A stretch of DNA of 64,000 nucleotides from a virus, in IMG/VR virus record IMGVR_UViG_3300027769_000875, positions 54,974-118,973 of that record; one strand, 5' to 3'. Positions within the stretch are counted from its first letter, which is position 1. Each line of letters starts with the position of its first letter. The notes beneath the pieces are model-generated. The model was given only the letters and a program-made list of their open reading frames with translations, did not search any database and had not been told where the DNA came from. Shown in pieces: positions 9,901-19,578 of the stretch. The translations under genes were made by a program, and so were the position numbers.

Positions 9901-11929
9901 GAATTACACTTCCTATACCTGGTCCAGGTAGCCAACTATCCTCTGCTTCAAACTTTGAAGAGTTGACTTTCTTTTTCCAGCTTTCATGACCTGGACTTTC
10001 TAAGTATTGTTTATATCGTTTATATTTAGCTGCAAGATCAGCATATTGCTTTTTAGTTTTTACATCTACTGCTTCTCTAGCTTTTTTATCATAGTCAGTT
10101 ATAAGATCATCAGCTTTTTTAAGCATGTCATCTGTCTGATAATACTTTTGTATTTTGACTTTTTCCTTTTCGTTTAAGATTTTATAAGCTTGCTCATACA
10201 ATATGCTGTACATGTCATCAACCTTATCTTGATCTGTAAAAGGCAACCATCCTAAACTCCAATCAACATCAATATTTTTTATGTCATCAGCTGCAGCAAT
10301 CATTTGCTGAGGATCATTTGATAAAAGTGCTTTGTAAAACGTATCTCCTGCTGTAAACTGACCTGAACCAGAATTCATATATTCTTTAAGGGCATCTTTA
10401 GACCCAAATCCTGGAATAGCATCACCAAATGTTTTTTCTTTTGTGACCATATCAGCATAACTCTCAAATCCTTCTGCTTTAGCTTTCTCTTCTCTTTTTT
10501 GTTTTTCCTTTTGCTCAATACTTAAAGTTCCATACTTTTTATCTATACTGTATACAAGATCTTCTTCTGCTTGACGTTCATCTGTAAACTTACCAGTTGC
10601 AGGATCTAATCCCAAAAAGTATTTATTAAGATCTTTTAATAAAGCCTCTTCTTCACTTGTAGCTGTACCTTCAAATACTTTTTTAGTAAGTGTACCTGCT
10701 TGACTTGCTTTTTCGTAGTAACCTTCTTTTTTACGTTTTTCTTCAATAAGTCTCGCTTGTTCAGCTTTTGACTTTTCATAATTAGTAGGACCCTTGTCAA
10801 TTATTTTAAATGACTTATCAAATATCTCTTGAGCTTTTTTGTCAGCAGCAGATTGTTTTTTAACTGGAGCTGAAGTAGAACCTCGTGAAAAAACAAAGTC
10901 TTCATGATTTTTTTGAAAACTTTCATAAGGTATTCTGTAAACCTCTTTTGTATTTTTCCACATAGGAGTTACACATTCTCCAATATGACTGTTATAAACA
11001 AATCCAGGTTTACAACTAAGATTCATACTTTGCGTCCCTGGTTGAAATTTAAAAACTGAGTTTGTATAAACAGCAAATGGATCTGGATTAAAGTCTACTA
11101 CACCTGCACCTTCATAAGAAGGAAGCATAGTCCCTCCAAATTTACCTTGCATTTGATTTGCAATATCTTCAGGTGCAACTGCAGGTCCTTCAGGCATCAT
11201 ACCAGCCATAGCATCTTCATCTTCAGACATTGGAATACCTTGCTCTCCCATTGGAGGCATAGCACCTTGCTGCATACCCATACCTTGTTGAGGTTGTTGT
11301 GGAGCAAATTGTTGTGCCATTTGATTAGGATCAATTCCCATTGTGGAAAGAACCTCTTCAGCAATAGCAGGAATTCCATCAGGAAATCCTTTCATTGACT
11401 CTTGAATAAAAGCAAGTAAACCAAGTTTCTGTTTGTTCTTTTTAAGCATTTCAGCTGCAGAACGTTTTGCTAATGGATCTGAAGTTTCATCTTTTAAAAT
11501 CTCAATATAAACATTGATATCATATTTCCTAGAAATTTCAGCAGGTGTGTATCCTTGTTTTCTTGCAGGAAGATTGAATATTTTCTCAATTACTTCTGGA
11601 TCTTTAATTGTAAGGCTTTTTGTATCTGAGTAAATAAATGAGCCTTCTGGTATGTTTACAGGAACGCCTCCTTCAGTGTGTCTTTTTCCTTGGAAGTGCA
11701 TAAGCTCCATAGTGCCATCTTTATTGACATCGCCAATAACAGATTCGCCACCTTCAACTTCTATATTTGCTTGATCCCTTGGAATAGCACCCATTTTATC
11801 ATTTACTGCAACAGACTCAGGAGATACTTGCATTCCTCGTAAGTTTCTTACAAGACCGTATCCTTCTTGTTGTCCTGTGCTTTTATATGTTCCACCTTCT
11901 GGAGATGTTTTTATGCGTACCTTAAACAT
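6923..11929 (-). CDS. Putative virion cargo protein (1668 aa) with GG-delimited modules
   Basis: N-terminal ANIEVEGGESV...GKRHTEGGVP...GSFIYSD motif typical of crAss-like cargo proteins. Contains repeated KFGG/KYEGG/RYGG/RYDRGG/KYPGGG/RFGG/EFGG. Confidence 0.7.
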   Translation of the reverse strand: MFKVRIKTSPEGGTYKSTGQQEGYGLVRNLRGMQVSPESVAVNDKMGAIPRDQANIEVEGGESVIGDVNKDGTMELMHFQGKRHTEGGVPVNIPEGSFIYSDTKSLTIKDPEVIEKIFNLPARKQGYTPAEISRKYDINVYIEILKDETSDPLAKRSAAEMLKKNKQKLGLLAFIQESMKGFPDGIPAIAEEVLSTMGIDPNQMAQQFAPQQPQQGMGMQQGAMPPMGEQGIPMSEDEDAMAGMMPEGPAVAPEDIANQMQGKFGGTMLPSYEGAGVVDFNPDPFAVYTNSVFKFQPGTQSMNLSCKPGFVYNSHIGECVTPMWKNTKEVYRIPYESFQKNHEDFVFSRGSTSAPVKKQSAADKKAQEIFDKSFKIIDKGPTNYEKSKAEQARLIEEKRKKEGYYEKASQAGTLTKKVFEGTATSEEEALLKDLNKYFLGLDPATGKFTDERQAEEDLVYSIDKKYGTLSIEQKEKQKREEKAKAEGFESYADMVTKEKTFGDAIPGFGSKDALKEYMNSGSGQFTAGDTFYKALLSNDPQQMIAAADDIKNIDVDWSLGWLPFTDQDKVDDMYSILYEQAYKILNEKEKVKIQKYYQTDDMLKKADDLITDYDKKAREAVDVKTKKQYADLAAKYKRYKQYLESPGHESWKKKVNSSKFEAEDSWLPGPGIGSVIQDEEVMPRYGYPTDFLFNETEILGINLNRDDVVEGSDSWFDGPRFKTYFEIYDEITKGHDKIKGTTVATIAPIANKGLTHTNERQGFLNYNAPEVIDNVRTINQVQNPSNSAKDAKGYAQPYKLKAAPNSIFTMGKNVDGQMVWFEETQDGAQLEVSNQAWVDSLNTAASTKEGKKVALPAAKAPMDAIQLLEQENKINPQTTVTPIKKENTTEKKTDVVAPVGRQPQPTQAKPKYEGGFTDQDFDKLFGSGGMRLGGTMPAVGSNVTIGDKVFRYGGLINENGKLRYDRGGSVLPKYPGGGTSGGGEPVTSEVKVVTDPNKNGGKPMNAYTITYKGSDGDPNHNTVVQVLEDQATGNVIVRRNETTKEAIPAGVEITRSSYDWIKADNLNASEKKEIESRWNGNTQAYLDFKNANNQIRLNTKFRDAIVTQYKADVADPELRMYTGKDRNTRKKFSDLYGADVKALAADPEKIINTMMQFEENNARMAAFGYGDRTSGTGPWSDPNFKAGQNVAAKGDPTLSDYQGNYVNKEARQIIVDNQAKDGKVNLSDIDFSKNELGQGTYISYRRALLNNPDFQGLASHKQTGVNDETVFDIQGQVSGIDRYSTNTTLEERLGYNLNPPPPETKPGEKNTFYCVEYSDGTKETKTVTYKEGEQPVAPSGEINGKTVTKATQYETADDATKNCGTPTKIPPPTKQPPQPDTWFAPDIVNYMTNERQIIPNTPPVLRQMNAAYSGYDTINPITRIAGTTGLVKQSQDLAMNTMDAQTAFTAGANQGFEQLSRDIADVEEGNTTKIVNPYLQTIGQLNTDVDYKNTMLRGKFDNEYATYVEELAGQRNKKDAQGAMLFGTGWGNVQKDNSLRVMYPNAWHAQRLSPTFAWSGAGKDPLAAVDTSVSPGTAATTQADCSKAYADAYAQVKNDTTMPQDAKEEYASNMQKACISQNMNRANAQTKTQQQMYGQNFIQQRFGGTMYTAPGSMEFGGVYFDDIY

Positions 11930-11967
11930 ATTTTAAAATTTTAAAAAGGGATATGTCTTACCACATC

Positions 11968-11988
11968 CCTCATTAGAAGTTACAAAAT
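11968..11988 (-). promoter_or_regulatory. Candidate late promoter motif copy 1
   Basis: Minus strand TTTTG-TAACTTC-TAATGAGG in the gap upstream of the 1668-aa gene; shared with three other intergenic gaps. Confidence 0.5.
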
Positions 11989-12031
11989 TATTCTGATTTA
12001 TCCTATCCTCCATAATACAAATGTAGGAATT

Positions 12032-14773
12032 CTAATCTAAAAATTCAACCTCGCCACCCATCTGTATAATGGCTTGTAGCTCTTGTGGAGAAATCATATA
12101 TGTTCCACCTCTTCTATAATTTTTGGTTCCTCCAAATTTAGAAAGTGTAGTACCCCAGTCTTGAGTATGACCAAGGTCTGCAACATATTGATTGGCTCCT
12201 GGTCCAGCATTCAAGTTCCAAGTACCAAAACTTCCTTGAGTATTGATTGCATTATTGGCCATCATAGTATTACCAGCTTGTTTCTGACGTTTCTTTAAAT
12301 CCTTTACTGCTCTTCTTTCTCCCCATTGAGCTGTAGCATCCTCCATCATAGTAAGACCTTGATATGTATTACTTGCTGCTTTAAATCCTAATGGATCTCC
12401 TTGTTGAGTAGTATACTCTTTTGTATCAGTCATGTTAGCATTTGGGTTTGCACTCAATGCATTATTAGTGTTGTCAGTAGTATTAATCATTCCATTAGTA
12501 GAAGGTGTGCCAGCAACTGATGGATTATTGAAATTTGACACATAAGTATTGTAAGCATCCCAATCGTTTCTATTTAATGGGAATGGTCTACCAGTTTTAC
12601 TTGCCCAGTCTTGTTGACTATATGGAGAAGTTTCTGTATCAACTGCACCACCTGGAGCATACATGGGCATTGTAATTCTCAATTTACGTCTATTATCTAC
12701 AAATGGATTCCACTCACCACCATCCCTTTTATTCTCCTCATCATTAATTGGTCCTGATAAATTAGTCATTATTGATGGTTGTGCCACAGGTTGTGCAGTT
12801 ACAGGTTGCGGAGACGCAGTACCACTACCAGCATTTGGATTATAATTAGGAGCAGTTGGATCTGTTGATTGTAAGTCACCTGAAGCAGAACCTTCTGGTT
12901 GTTTGTTGACATTCAATTGACTATTCATATAGTTAACTTTATCTTGACCTGTAACAGTAGTTGGTGGAGCTGCTTCTGGTGCAGTAGATGTAGTAGGTTG
13001 CACATATCCTTGATTTTGTGTAGGAGCAGATGCAGGTTGATTCTTATTTAATGCTCTTTTTTCATCACGCTTGCTATTGTAAAAGAATACATTTCCTTTA
13101 TCATCATAAACACGAGATTCATCACCAGCCATTCCTTTAGCAATACCTAATCCTGCACCTCCAGCAACTGCAGCTGCACCCATTAAGAATTTAAGTCCAG
13201 GACCAAATCCACCAGTAATAGGGGCAAATCTTGGATCTGCAAATGAATTACTTACTGCCATTGCTCTTGTTGCCCAGTTTGAATCAATATTTGCAATCTT
13301 ATTTTTATCAGACATTACAATATATGGACTATTTGTCAAGCGTGGATCTGTTGGCATTGCGCCAGATGGATTATTAGCTGCTCCAGTTTTCCATTGGTCG
13401 TATGATAACTGAGGTGTTGCACCAGTATTACTAGCATTAGTTGCAGAGTATTGGTTTACATAATTTTGGTAAGCAGCAGGACTTGTTTTCATTTCAGTAT
13501 ACATTTGATCCTGAGCAGGATTCTGAGAAATAAATTCCTCATAAGATTGCATTGGTGCTCTATTCATGCTAGGATCAACTTTGCCACTGTTATAAAAGTC
13601 TACGACTTGTGTTTGATATTCTTGTTGTGCTTGATCTGAACCAAATATTTTTAAACAGTCACCATCAGGACCTTTGTAGTATCCAATTGGACATCCATCT
13701 TCAGTACCTCCAGCACCATATTGTTTCATTCCACCATTGACAAATTTGTTAAGTCCACCATAACGTGCATATCCTTGAGTTGCAGTTGGTTGTGTAACAA
13801 CTGGTTGTGGGTTAGTTGCATTTTGAAATGATTGGAAAAAGTTATTTTGTGGATTTGTCATTTGATCATTGCGAATACCAGAATACAAATTACCAATAGC
13901 TTGTTGTGATGCTTCTTTTTGTGCAACGCGATTAGCATCATAGGTTGATAACATGTTACCATAAAAATTAGCTTGTGCACTATTTCTGGCATCAGCAGCT
14001 TGTGCAGAAGCAACAACATTTTGATTGTACTGATCCATTCCTGCTTTTGCACCTTGCGGTCCAGTAAGCTCATTGCCACCAAATATTTTCATTCCACCAG
14101 CACCTTGTGATGCAGTATTTGCTGTAACAGCAGTAGGCATACATGTTGCAGTCATTTCATTCCATTCATATCCATCAGGACAAGAATTACCACCAGCACC
14201 ATATCTACGCAACTTTTTCATAGAGCCACCATACTTTCCTTGCATTGCCATTTCTTGATCTGCCATTTGCTGTTGATCAGTACCTTGAGCCATTGCCATT
14301 TGAGATTGATCCATACCAGTTTGTGGTCCAGCTTGTTGCCCCATTCCCATTGGGTCTTGGTTATTAAACATTCCCATTTGCTGTTGCAATGCCATCTGCT
14401 GTTCTTGCTGCAACTGTTGCTCTCGTGCTTTTTCATTTACATAATCACCTTCTTGAGCACGTTTCATGTACTCTTGTTTGGCAACCATTATCAATTCTTC
14501 AGCTTGGTCACGTTTTACACCAGAATCAATTAATGTCTTTTTAAGTATACGTTCACTTGTGCCTTTATCTAATTGTTGTAGCAAAAAAGTCATAAGCTGT
14601 TTAGCACTTGCATCCAATGCACTAGGTGGACGCATTGGTTGTTTTTGCATTTGACCCATGTCTGCAACAGCTGCTTGATCTTGTTGCATTGTATCTCCAC
14701 CATCAGCGTAACGCACTTTGCCACCACATTTGTAGCATTGACCTCCAGTCATATATTCTAACATGTTATTCAT
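12032..14773 (-). CDS. Putative virion cargo protein (913 aa), Gln/Met-rich with many GG motifs
   Basis: More than ten GG motifs, mostly Y/F-x(0-2)-GG. Two CPxGY...C mini-domains and a hydrophobic segment LKFLMGAAAVAGGAGLGIAKGM. Confidence 0.65.
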   Translation of the reverse strand: MNNMLEYMTGGQCYKCGGKVRYADGGDTMQQDQAAVADMGQMQKQPMRPPSALDASAKQLMTFLLQQLDKGTSERILKKTLIDSGVKRDQAEELIMVAKQEYMKRAQEGDYVNEKAREQQLQQEQQMALQQQMGMFNNQDPMGMGQQAGPQTGMDQSQMAMAQGTDQQQMADQEMAMQGKYGGSMKKLRRYGAGGNSCPDGYEWNEMTATCMPTAVTANTASQGAGGMKIFGGNELTGPQGAKAGMDQYNQNVVASAQAADARNSAQANFYGNMLSTYDANRVAQKEASQQAIGNLYSGIRNDQMTNPQNNFFQSFQNATNPQPVVTQPTATQGYARYGGLNKFVNGGMKQYGAGGTEDGCPIGYYKGPDGDCLKIFGSDQAQQEYQTQVVDFYNSGKVDPSMNRAPMQSYEEFISQNPAQDQMYTEMKTSPAAYQNYVNQYSATNASNTGATPQLSYDQWKTGAANNPSGAMPTDPRLTNSPYIVMSDKNKIANIDSNWATRAMAVSNSFADPRFAPITGGFGPGLKFLMGAAAVAGGAGLGIAKGMAGDESRVYDDKGNVFFYNSKRDEKRALNKNQPASAPTQNQGYVQPTTSTAPEAAPPTTVTGQDKVNYMNSQLNVNKQPEGSASGDLQSTDPTAPNYNPNAGSGTASPQPVTAQPVAQPSIMTNLSGPINDEENKRDGGEWNPFVDNRRKLRITMPMYAPGGAVDTETSPYSQQDWASKTGRPFPLNRNDWDAYNTYVSNFNNPSVAGTPSTNGMINTTDNTNNALSANPNANMTDTKEYTTQQGDPLGFKAASNTYQGLTMMEDATAQWGERRAVKDLKKRQKQAGNTMMANNAINTQGSFGTWNLNAGPGANQYVADLGHTQDWGTTLSKFGGTKNYRRGGTYMISPQELQAIIQMGGEVEFLD

Positions 14774-17700
14774 TTTCTGATAAATTTACTTAAAGTTTTT
14801 ATATTGCCACCATATTTATTTTTTGGTGTATCTGAATTCATTCCTTGTACAACACCATATCCAGCTGCTGGAATAAGTATTGGTAAATACTTAACAATTC
14901 CTGCCTTTAGTTCATTAGGTGCATCTTCTTTAAAATGAGGAGCTACCTCTGGATCTTTCATTAACCATTCAGCATAATAATCTTGATTTTCAGGAGCTTT
15001 AATATTTGCTATAGCCTCTTCCATAGATATATTATATGTTTTCATTAACTCTTTTGCAAGTTTGTATCTTGCAATCATTAAGTCAGAATGTAATTCATTT
15101 GGTGCAGCTAACCATGTTTGATCTGTCATACTTGTTACCATTTTTGCATCAGTAGTTGGTACAGTTGGTTCAACCATAACTTCTTTCATCATAGTTAACA
15201 ATTCACTTTTAGGATCTTGTCTTGTAACAAAATAACCATATGATGGATCATTTTGTTGAAGTCGTGAAATCCAGTTTCCATAAAACTTTTGAAAATTGTG
15301 ACCTAGTTCATGTGTATTAACTTCTGCTATACGATCAGGAGCTTTCATATACTGATCAATAAAGTGTATTACTTTAGGATCTGATGCTGTTTCTAAAGTT
15401 TCAGTTTCTGGTATTACAACTCCCATAAATTGATTTGCAAGCGTATTTGGTTTTGAACCAAGTGTTATTGTTGAATTTTCCATTGCAACTCCACCAATAT
15501 TGTCATAGTTATTCCCCACATACATTTTTTCAAATGGTGATAATGATTGGAAAGATGGTTCATGTTTTGCAGGATGTACAAGTTTTATTTTATCTTCAAG
15601 ACCTGTAAATTTATCAGCTATTCCACTTGCATATGGTTCATCAATTTTAGTTTTAATTTGATCAAATCTAGCAGGGTCATCACGCATTGTATCCTCATAA
15701 ATTTTGAGAATTTTATCTTTAAACTTAGGATCAATATTTGCCTCTATAGTTTTCATTTGTTCTCCTATTGTGCTTTGAAGTTGTTTTGCTTCTTTTTCCA
15801 TATTAAGCACAGACTCACTTGTTTGAAGAAGTCTTTGCATAATGCCATTATTAGGATTTTGTTTAGCCAAAATTTGAACAAGTTCACTTGTATGATCTCC
15901 TATATCAGCTATTGTTTTATCTGGATTTAATTTTAAAAATTCTTTTATTGCATCATCTTGATCTTGTGCATTAATAGAACGCAATTGTCTATTGAGTGAT
16001 TCTACTGCGTTTTTATATAAACCACCACGAGGGTCATTTGTACCTTTAATTTCATTCAATCTTTTAATTGATGGTGCAAGGATTTTATCTGCCTTTTTAA
16101 AAACATCTGAATCTTTAAATGCCCATTTTAATGCAAAGTCTGTAGATTCATCTAATGCTTGTTGTTGACCTGCTCTTGACATTGGAAAATCATCTGCAGA
16201 TTCATATCCTTTTGATGGCCATTGTTCTCTATATACACTAGTAATTTTTTCAGGAGACTCATTTAATAACTTTTGTTTTTCAGCTTCATTTGCAATACGT
16301 GTATATTTCATTCCTGACATTTTATCAGGACCAATTGTTAAATCTGAAGATTCTCCATATGTAATTGGTTTGTCACTCAGTTTAGATGGTAATGGTGTTG
16401 TGTCTACTTCAATTGAATTTAATGCTTTATTATTTGGAACTTTTACAACTAGTACTTTAGGATTCTTTCCTAACTGAAAGGCAGCATCCATTCTAGTATT
16501 ACCTGAAAATACTCTTCTTGTACCATCAGAAAATTCTAATACTATTGGCATATCCATATCTTTACCAGAACTCAAGCCATCATAAATAGCATTTATTGTA
16601 TTCTCATTTCTAAATTCTGGCCAAGACTTGTAACCTTTACTTAAATCTATCATTGCATCTTTACTACCAGTTCTACTTCTATAGCCAATAGATGCATCCA
16701 GTTCAGGTGTAATTTCTTCAACTGTACCATTTTTAACAGCACTCATAAATTCATCTTCACTGTTAAAAAATGTATTACCTTTTAACTCATGTTCAACATG
16801 ATATTCTTGTTTAAGTTGTGTTTCAGATGGTTTTTGCCAATTTGGTTGTGATTGTGCATTAGGTTTTTTTAGAGTTCTAATATTTCTTGGTTTTACTACA
16901 TAATCAAAACCTCCATGTTTATTAGGAAACTTTCCTACAACCTTCATATCAAAACCAGAACCAAATAATTCTAGCTCATCAACTGGACCTTTTGTATTTG
17001 CAAATCCTGGTCTTGTTCTATCTAAGATTTTTTGAATGGCTTCTTCTTTATTAGCAGGATCAGCAAATAATCTTAAGTTTTCATTGTAATCATTTACTTC
17101 ATTTGTAAAAATTTCTGCAGACTCTTCTGCAGTATAAACTCCATCTGCAGGATTACCTGACTTAGGTTTTCCAGTAAGAAAGTTTGGATCTTTAGGTGGT
17201 TTTGGACCTAAACCTGAGACATCAGAATATCTAGCATTTTGTTCTGCATATAGTGCCTCTGCTTGTGCCATAACTTCTTCAGAACTCAATCGTTGTGTAC
17301 CATAATAAGAATCACCTATCAAACGACTACCTTTGCTGTTGTCAATTACCGTTAGTTCTTCGTCAGGAATGTTAGTATAATATCCTTGCTCTAATGGTTC
17401 ATAACGTTGTTTTGCAAAGTTACCTTCTACCTTTTTAAGATTTTTACCACTAAGTACAATTCTATCAGTATTGCCATAATAGTATCTATCCTTATTACTT
17501 ACTCCAGTTGAAAATGCAGATGGTCTATCTTGAATTGAAATAGTTTTTATATCATCAGATGCACCAGTAAATGCTTGAAAGTCTCTTTCAGGATTTGAAA
17601 ATGCTCTTGTTACAACAGCATCTTCTGGAAATTTTAAATTTGCCTTTCCAATTAATTCATTAAATGCATCTTGTTTTGGACCTGGTTTTACAAATGGATA

Positions 17701-19572
17701 ATTAGAAAATTGATATTCTTTTAACATTGCCTTTTCAGCAGGTGTAAAGTCATCTGATTGTAAAATTTTATTAAACATTGTTTCAGAAACAGCACCATCT
17801 AAATTGGCTGCTGGATTTTTCCAAGCAAAAGGTAAAACGCTTTCGCCTTGAGCAACTGTATTGTATCCTTGCTTAATTTTAGCACCAGCCATTGTTATAT
17901 CATCAAGTACACTTGGTATACCTAATCTAGCTTCTGCTACAAATGGAAGTGTATTAGCAATACCCATAAATAACTCTTCATTACCTGTTTTCCAATCACC
18001 GCTACTATATGCGTCATATGCTTTTGGAAGGTTATGACCCAATCCATGATATGCGCCATATCCTGCTAAAGCTTGACCTGTAGTCATTCCACCCCAACTT
18101 GTTCCTGCTAATCCTGGTATATACTTTAACGGTTGAGTTTTTATCAATGCGTTTAATCCTTTCCAACCATACTTAGCACCTTTAACCATTGGTATTACTG
18201 TTGCAAGATTAAATACAGCGTCTCCATAATCACCCTCTCTTAATGCCAAACCTGCTCCTGCTCCTGCACGACCAATATTTACAACGTTGAGCATATTATT
18301 AAAGGTAGAATTAGATTTACCAGAAAACTTATCATAATAATAGTTATCTTCTGCAGAAAATCTTTCAGGATCAATTGACCATTCACCTTGTCCAACCATT
18401 GGCCCTTCACCTCTAAATAAAGCATTATTAGTAACCATTAATGGGTCAGCAATAAACGCTTGTGTTGCATTTAAACCTTTTTCCCACCATGCCAAATTAT
18501 CATATATTCTTTGTTCACTTTTTTTCCAAGCTGCTTCTTTTCTACTTTCAAGTGTGCTAAAGAAATCAGGATTTGTACGCATCTCTCTAAGTACAATATC
18601 TTGCATTGAAAGAGGACCACCTTCTCTATTTCCATTTTCTTTTGACATGTATTCTTTATACAACTCTGGAAAATGCTGAGCAAAGTCTCCACGAGCTACA
18701 ATCTGACGAGCTGCATCATTTTGAGCTTTAGTTATTGATAGTGTTTGCTCAAGTATATTTGGAATATTTCCTAACGAATTATTAGTTATAATGGAGTTAT
18801 CAACTCTTGTATTATCAGAACCAACAGTTCTTAAGTGTTGTTGTCTTTGTTCTTCAAGTCTTTCTAATTCTTTTTGCTTATCCTCTTTTTCTTTTTGTTT
18901 ATATAAGTCTTGTTGAATTTTTACATTACTTGCAATAGGACTATTTGTAGCTTTTATCTTTTGAGTTGTTGTAGCAAATGGACTGTTCAGTGTTTGGTTA
19001 CGTTGAATTTCATAATTAGATACTGTAGCTTTTGGTTTGTCATTACCCCAGTTTGAATCATCTGCTTGCATTCTTCCTCGCTGCAAATAGTCTTCAGGAT
19101 GCATATAATTATCCATATCATAGGCACTAGAACCATTTCCAGACATAATCCATGTCTTTCCATTCCATTTGTACCAGTTACCTTGTTGATCTTTTTTATA
19201 CTGAGTATTTTGATATCTATAGTATTTATCACCAGGATTACCACCACCTACAAATTTTGTAAGGCCACCTTCAGCATAAGATTTTATAGGATTTTCCCTA
19301 TGCCATTTTCTAGTAGCAGCAACTCCTTGTGCTACAGTTTTAGCATCAGCTTTATCTGTAAGATTGATTGTGTCCCATTTACCTTTATCTTCTTGAGGAT
19401 GATTAACTATAACATCACCATTAGCGTTTTTATAAACTCTATGATATTCACCATCTACTGTCAAATACTCACCACCATCAGGATATTTTTTGAGATCAGT
19501 TTTCTTCCTTCTTGAATTTGAAAATTCAGAAAGTTTCTCAAACATCCTTTGTTCACTGTACTTTGCCATCAA
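14770..19572 (-). CDS. Polyvalent virion protein (1600 aa): ART-like, ParB/Srx-like and zincin (HExxH) domains
   Basis: ART-like signature FTPAEKAMLKEY...VVTRAF...SAFSTG...DELEL. ParB/Srx-like signature MPIVLEFSDGTRRVFSGNTRMDAA. Zincin signature THELGH...PNELHS. GG motifs at both ends. Likely start is the ATG at 19569. Confidence 0.65.
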   Translation of the reverse strand: MMAKYSEQRMFEKLSEFSNSRRKKTDLKKYPDGGEYLTVDGEYHRVYKNANGDVIVNHPQEDKGKWDTINLTDKADAKTVAQGVAATRKWHRENPIKSYAEGGLTKFVGGGNPGDKYYRYQNTQYKKDQQGNWYKWNGKTWIMSGNGSSAYDMDNYMHPEDYLQRGRMQADDSNWGNDKPKATVSNYEIQRNQTLNSPFATTTQKIKATNSPIASNVKIQQDLYKQKEKEDKQKELERLEEQRQQHLRTVGSDNTRVDNSIITNNSLGNIPNILEQTLSITKAQNDAARQIVARGDFAQHFPELYKEYMSKENGNREGGPLSMQDIVLREMRTNPDFFSTLESRKEAAWKKSEQRIYDNLAWWEKGLNATQAFIADPLMVTNNALFRGEGPMVGQGEWSIDPERFSAEDNYYYDKFSGKSNSTFNNMLNVVNIGRAGAGAGLALREGDYGDAVFNLATVIPMVKGAKYGWKGLNALIKTQPLKYIPGLAGTSWGGMTTGQALAGYGAYHGLGHNLPKAYDAYSSGDWKTGNEELFMGIANTLPFVAEARLGIPSVLDDITMAGAKIKQGYNTVAQGESVLPFAWKNPAANLDGAVSETMFNKILQSDDFTPAEKAMLKEYQFSNYPFVKPGPKQDAFNELIGKANLKFPEDAVVTRAFSNPERDFQAFTGASDDIKTISIQDRPSAFSTGVSNKDRYYYGNTDRIVLSGKNLKKVEGNFAKQRYEPLEQGYYTNIPDEELTVIDNSKGSRLIGDSYYGTQRLSSEEVMAQAEALYAEQNARYSDVSGLGPKPPKDPNFLTGKPKSGNPADGVYTAEESAEIFTNEVNDYNENLRLFADPANKEEAIQKILDRTRPGFANTKGPVDELELFGSGFDMKVVGKFPNKHGGFDYVVKPRNIRTLKKPNAQSQPNWQKPSETQLKQEYHVEHELKGNTFFNSEDEFMSAVKNGTVEEITPELDASIGYRSRTGSKDAMIDLSKGYKSWPEFRNENTINAIYDGLSSGKDMDMPIVLEFSDGTRRVFSGNTRMDAAFQLGKNPKVLVVKVPNNKALNSIEVDTTPLPSKLSDKPITYGESSDLTIGPDKMSGMKYTRIANEAEKQKLLNESPEKITSVYREQWPSKGYESADDFPMSRAGQQQALDESTDFALKWAFKDSDVFKKADKILAPSIKRLNEIKGTNDPRGGLYKNAVESLNRQLRSINAQDQDDAIKEFLKLNPDKTIADIGDHTSELVQILAKQNPNNGIMQRLLQTSESVLNMEKEAKQLQSTIGEQMKTIEANIDPKFKDKILKIYEDTMRDDPARFDQIKTKIDEPYASGIADKFTGLEDKIKLVHPAKHEPSFQSLSPFEKMYVGNNYDNIGGVAMENSTITLGSKPNTLANQFMGVVIPETETLETASDPKVIHFIDQYMKAPDRIAEVNTHELGHNFQKFYGNWISRLQQNDPSYGYFVTRQDPKSELLTMMKEVMVEPTVPTTDAKMVTSMTDQTWLAAPNELHSDLMIARYKLAKELMKTYNISMEEAIANIKAPENQDYYAEWLMKDPEVAPHFKEDAPNELKAGIVKYLPILIPAAGYGVVQGMNSDTPKNKYGGNIKTLSKFIRK

Positions 19573-19578
19573 TTAAAG

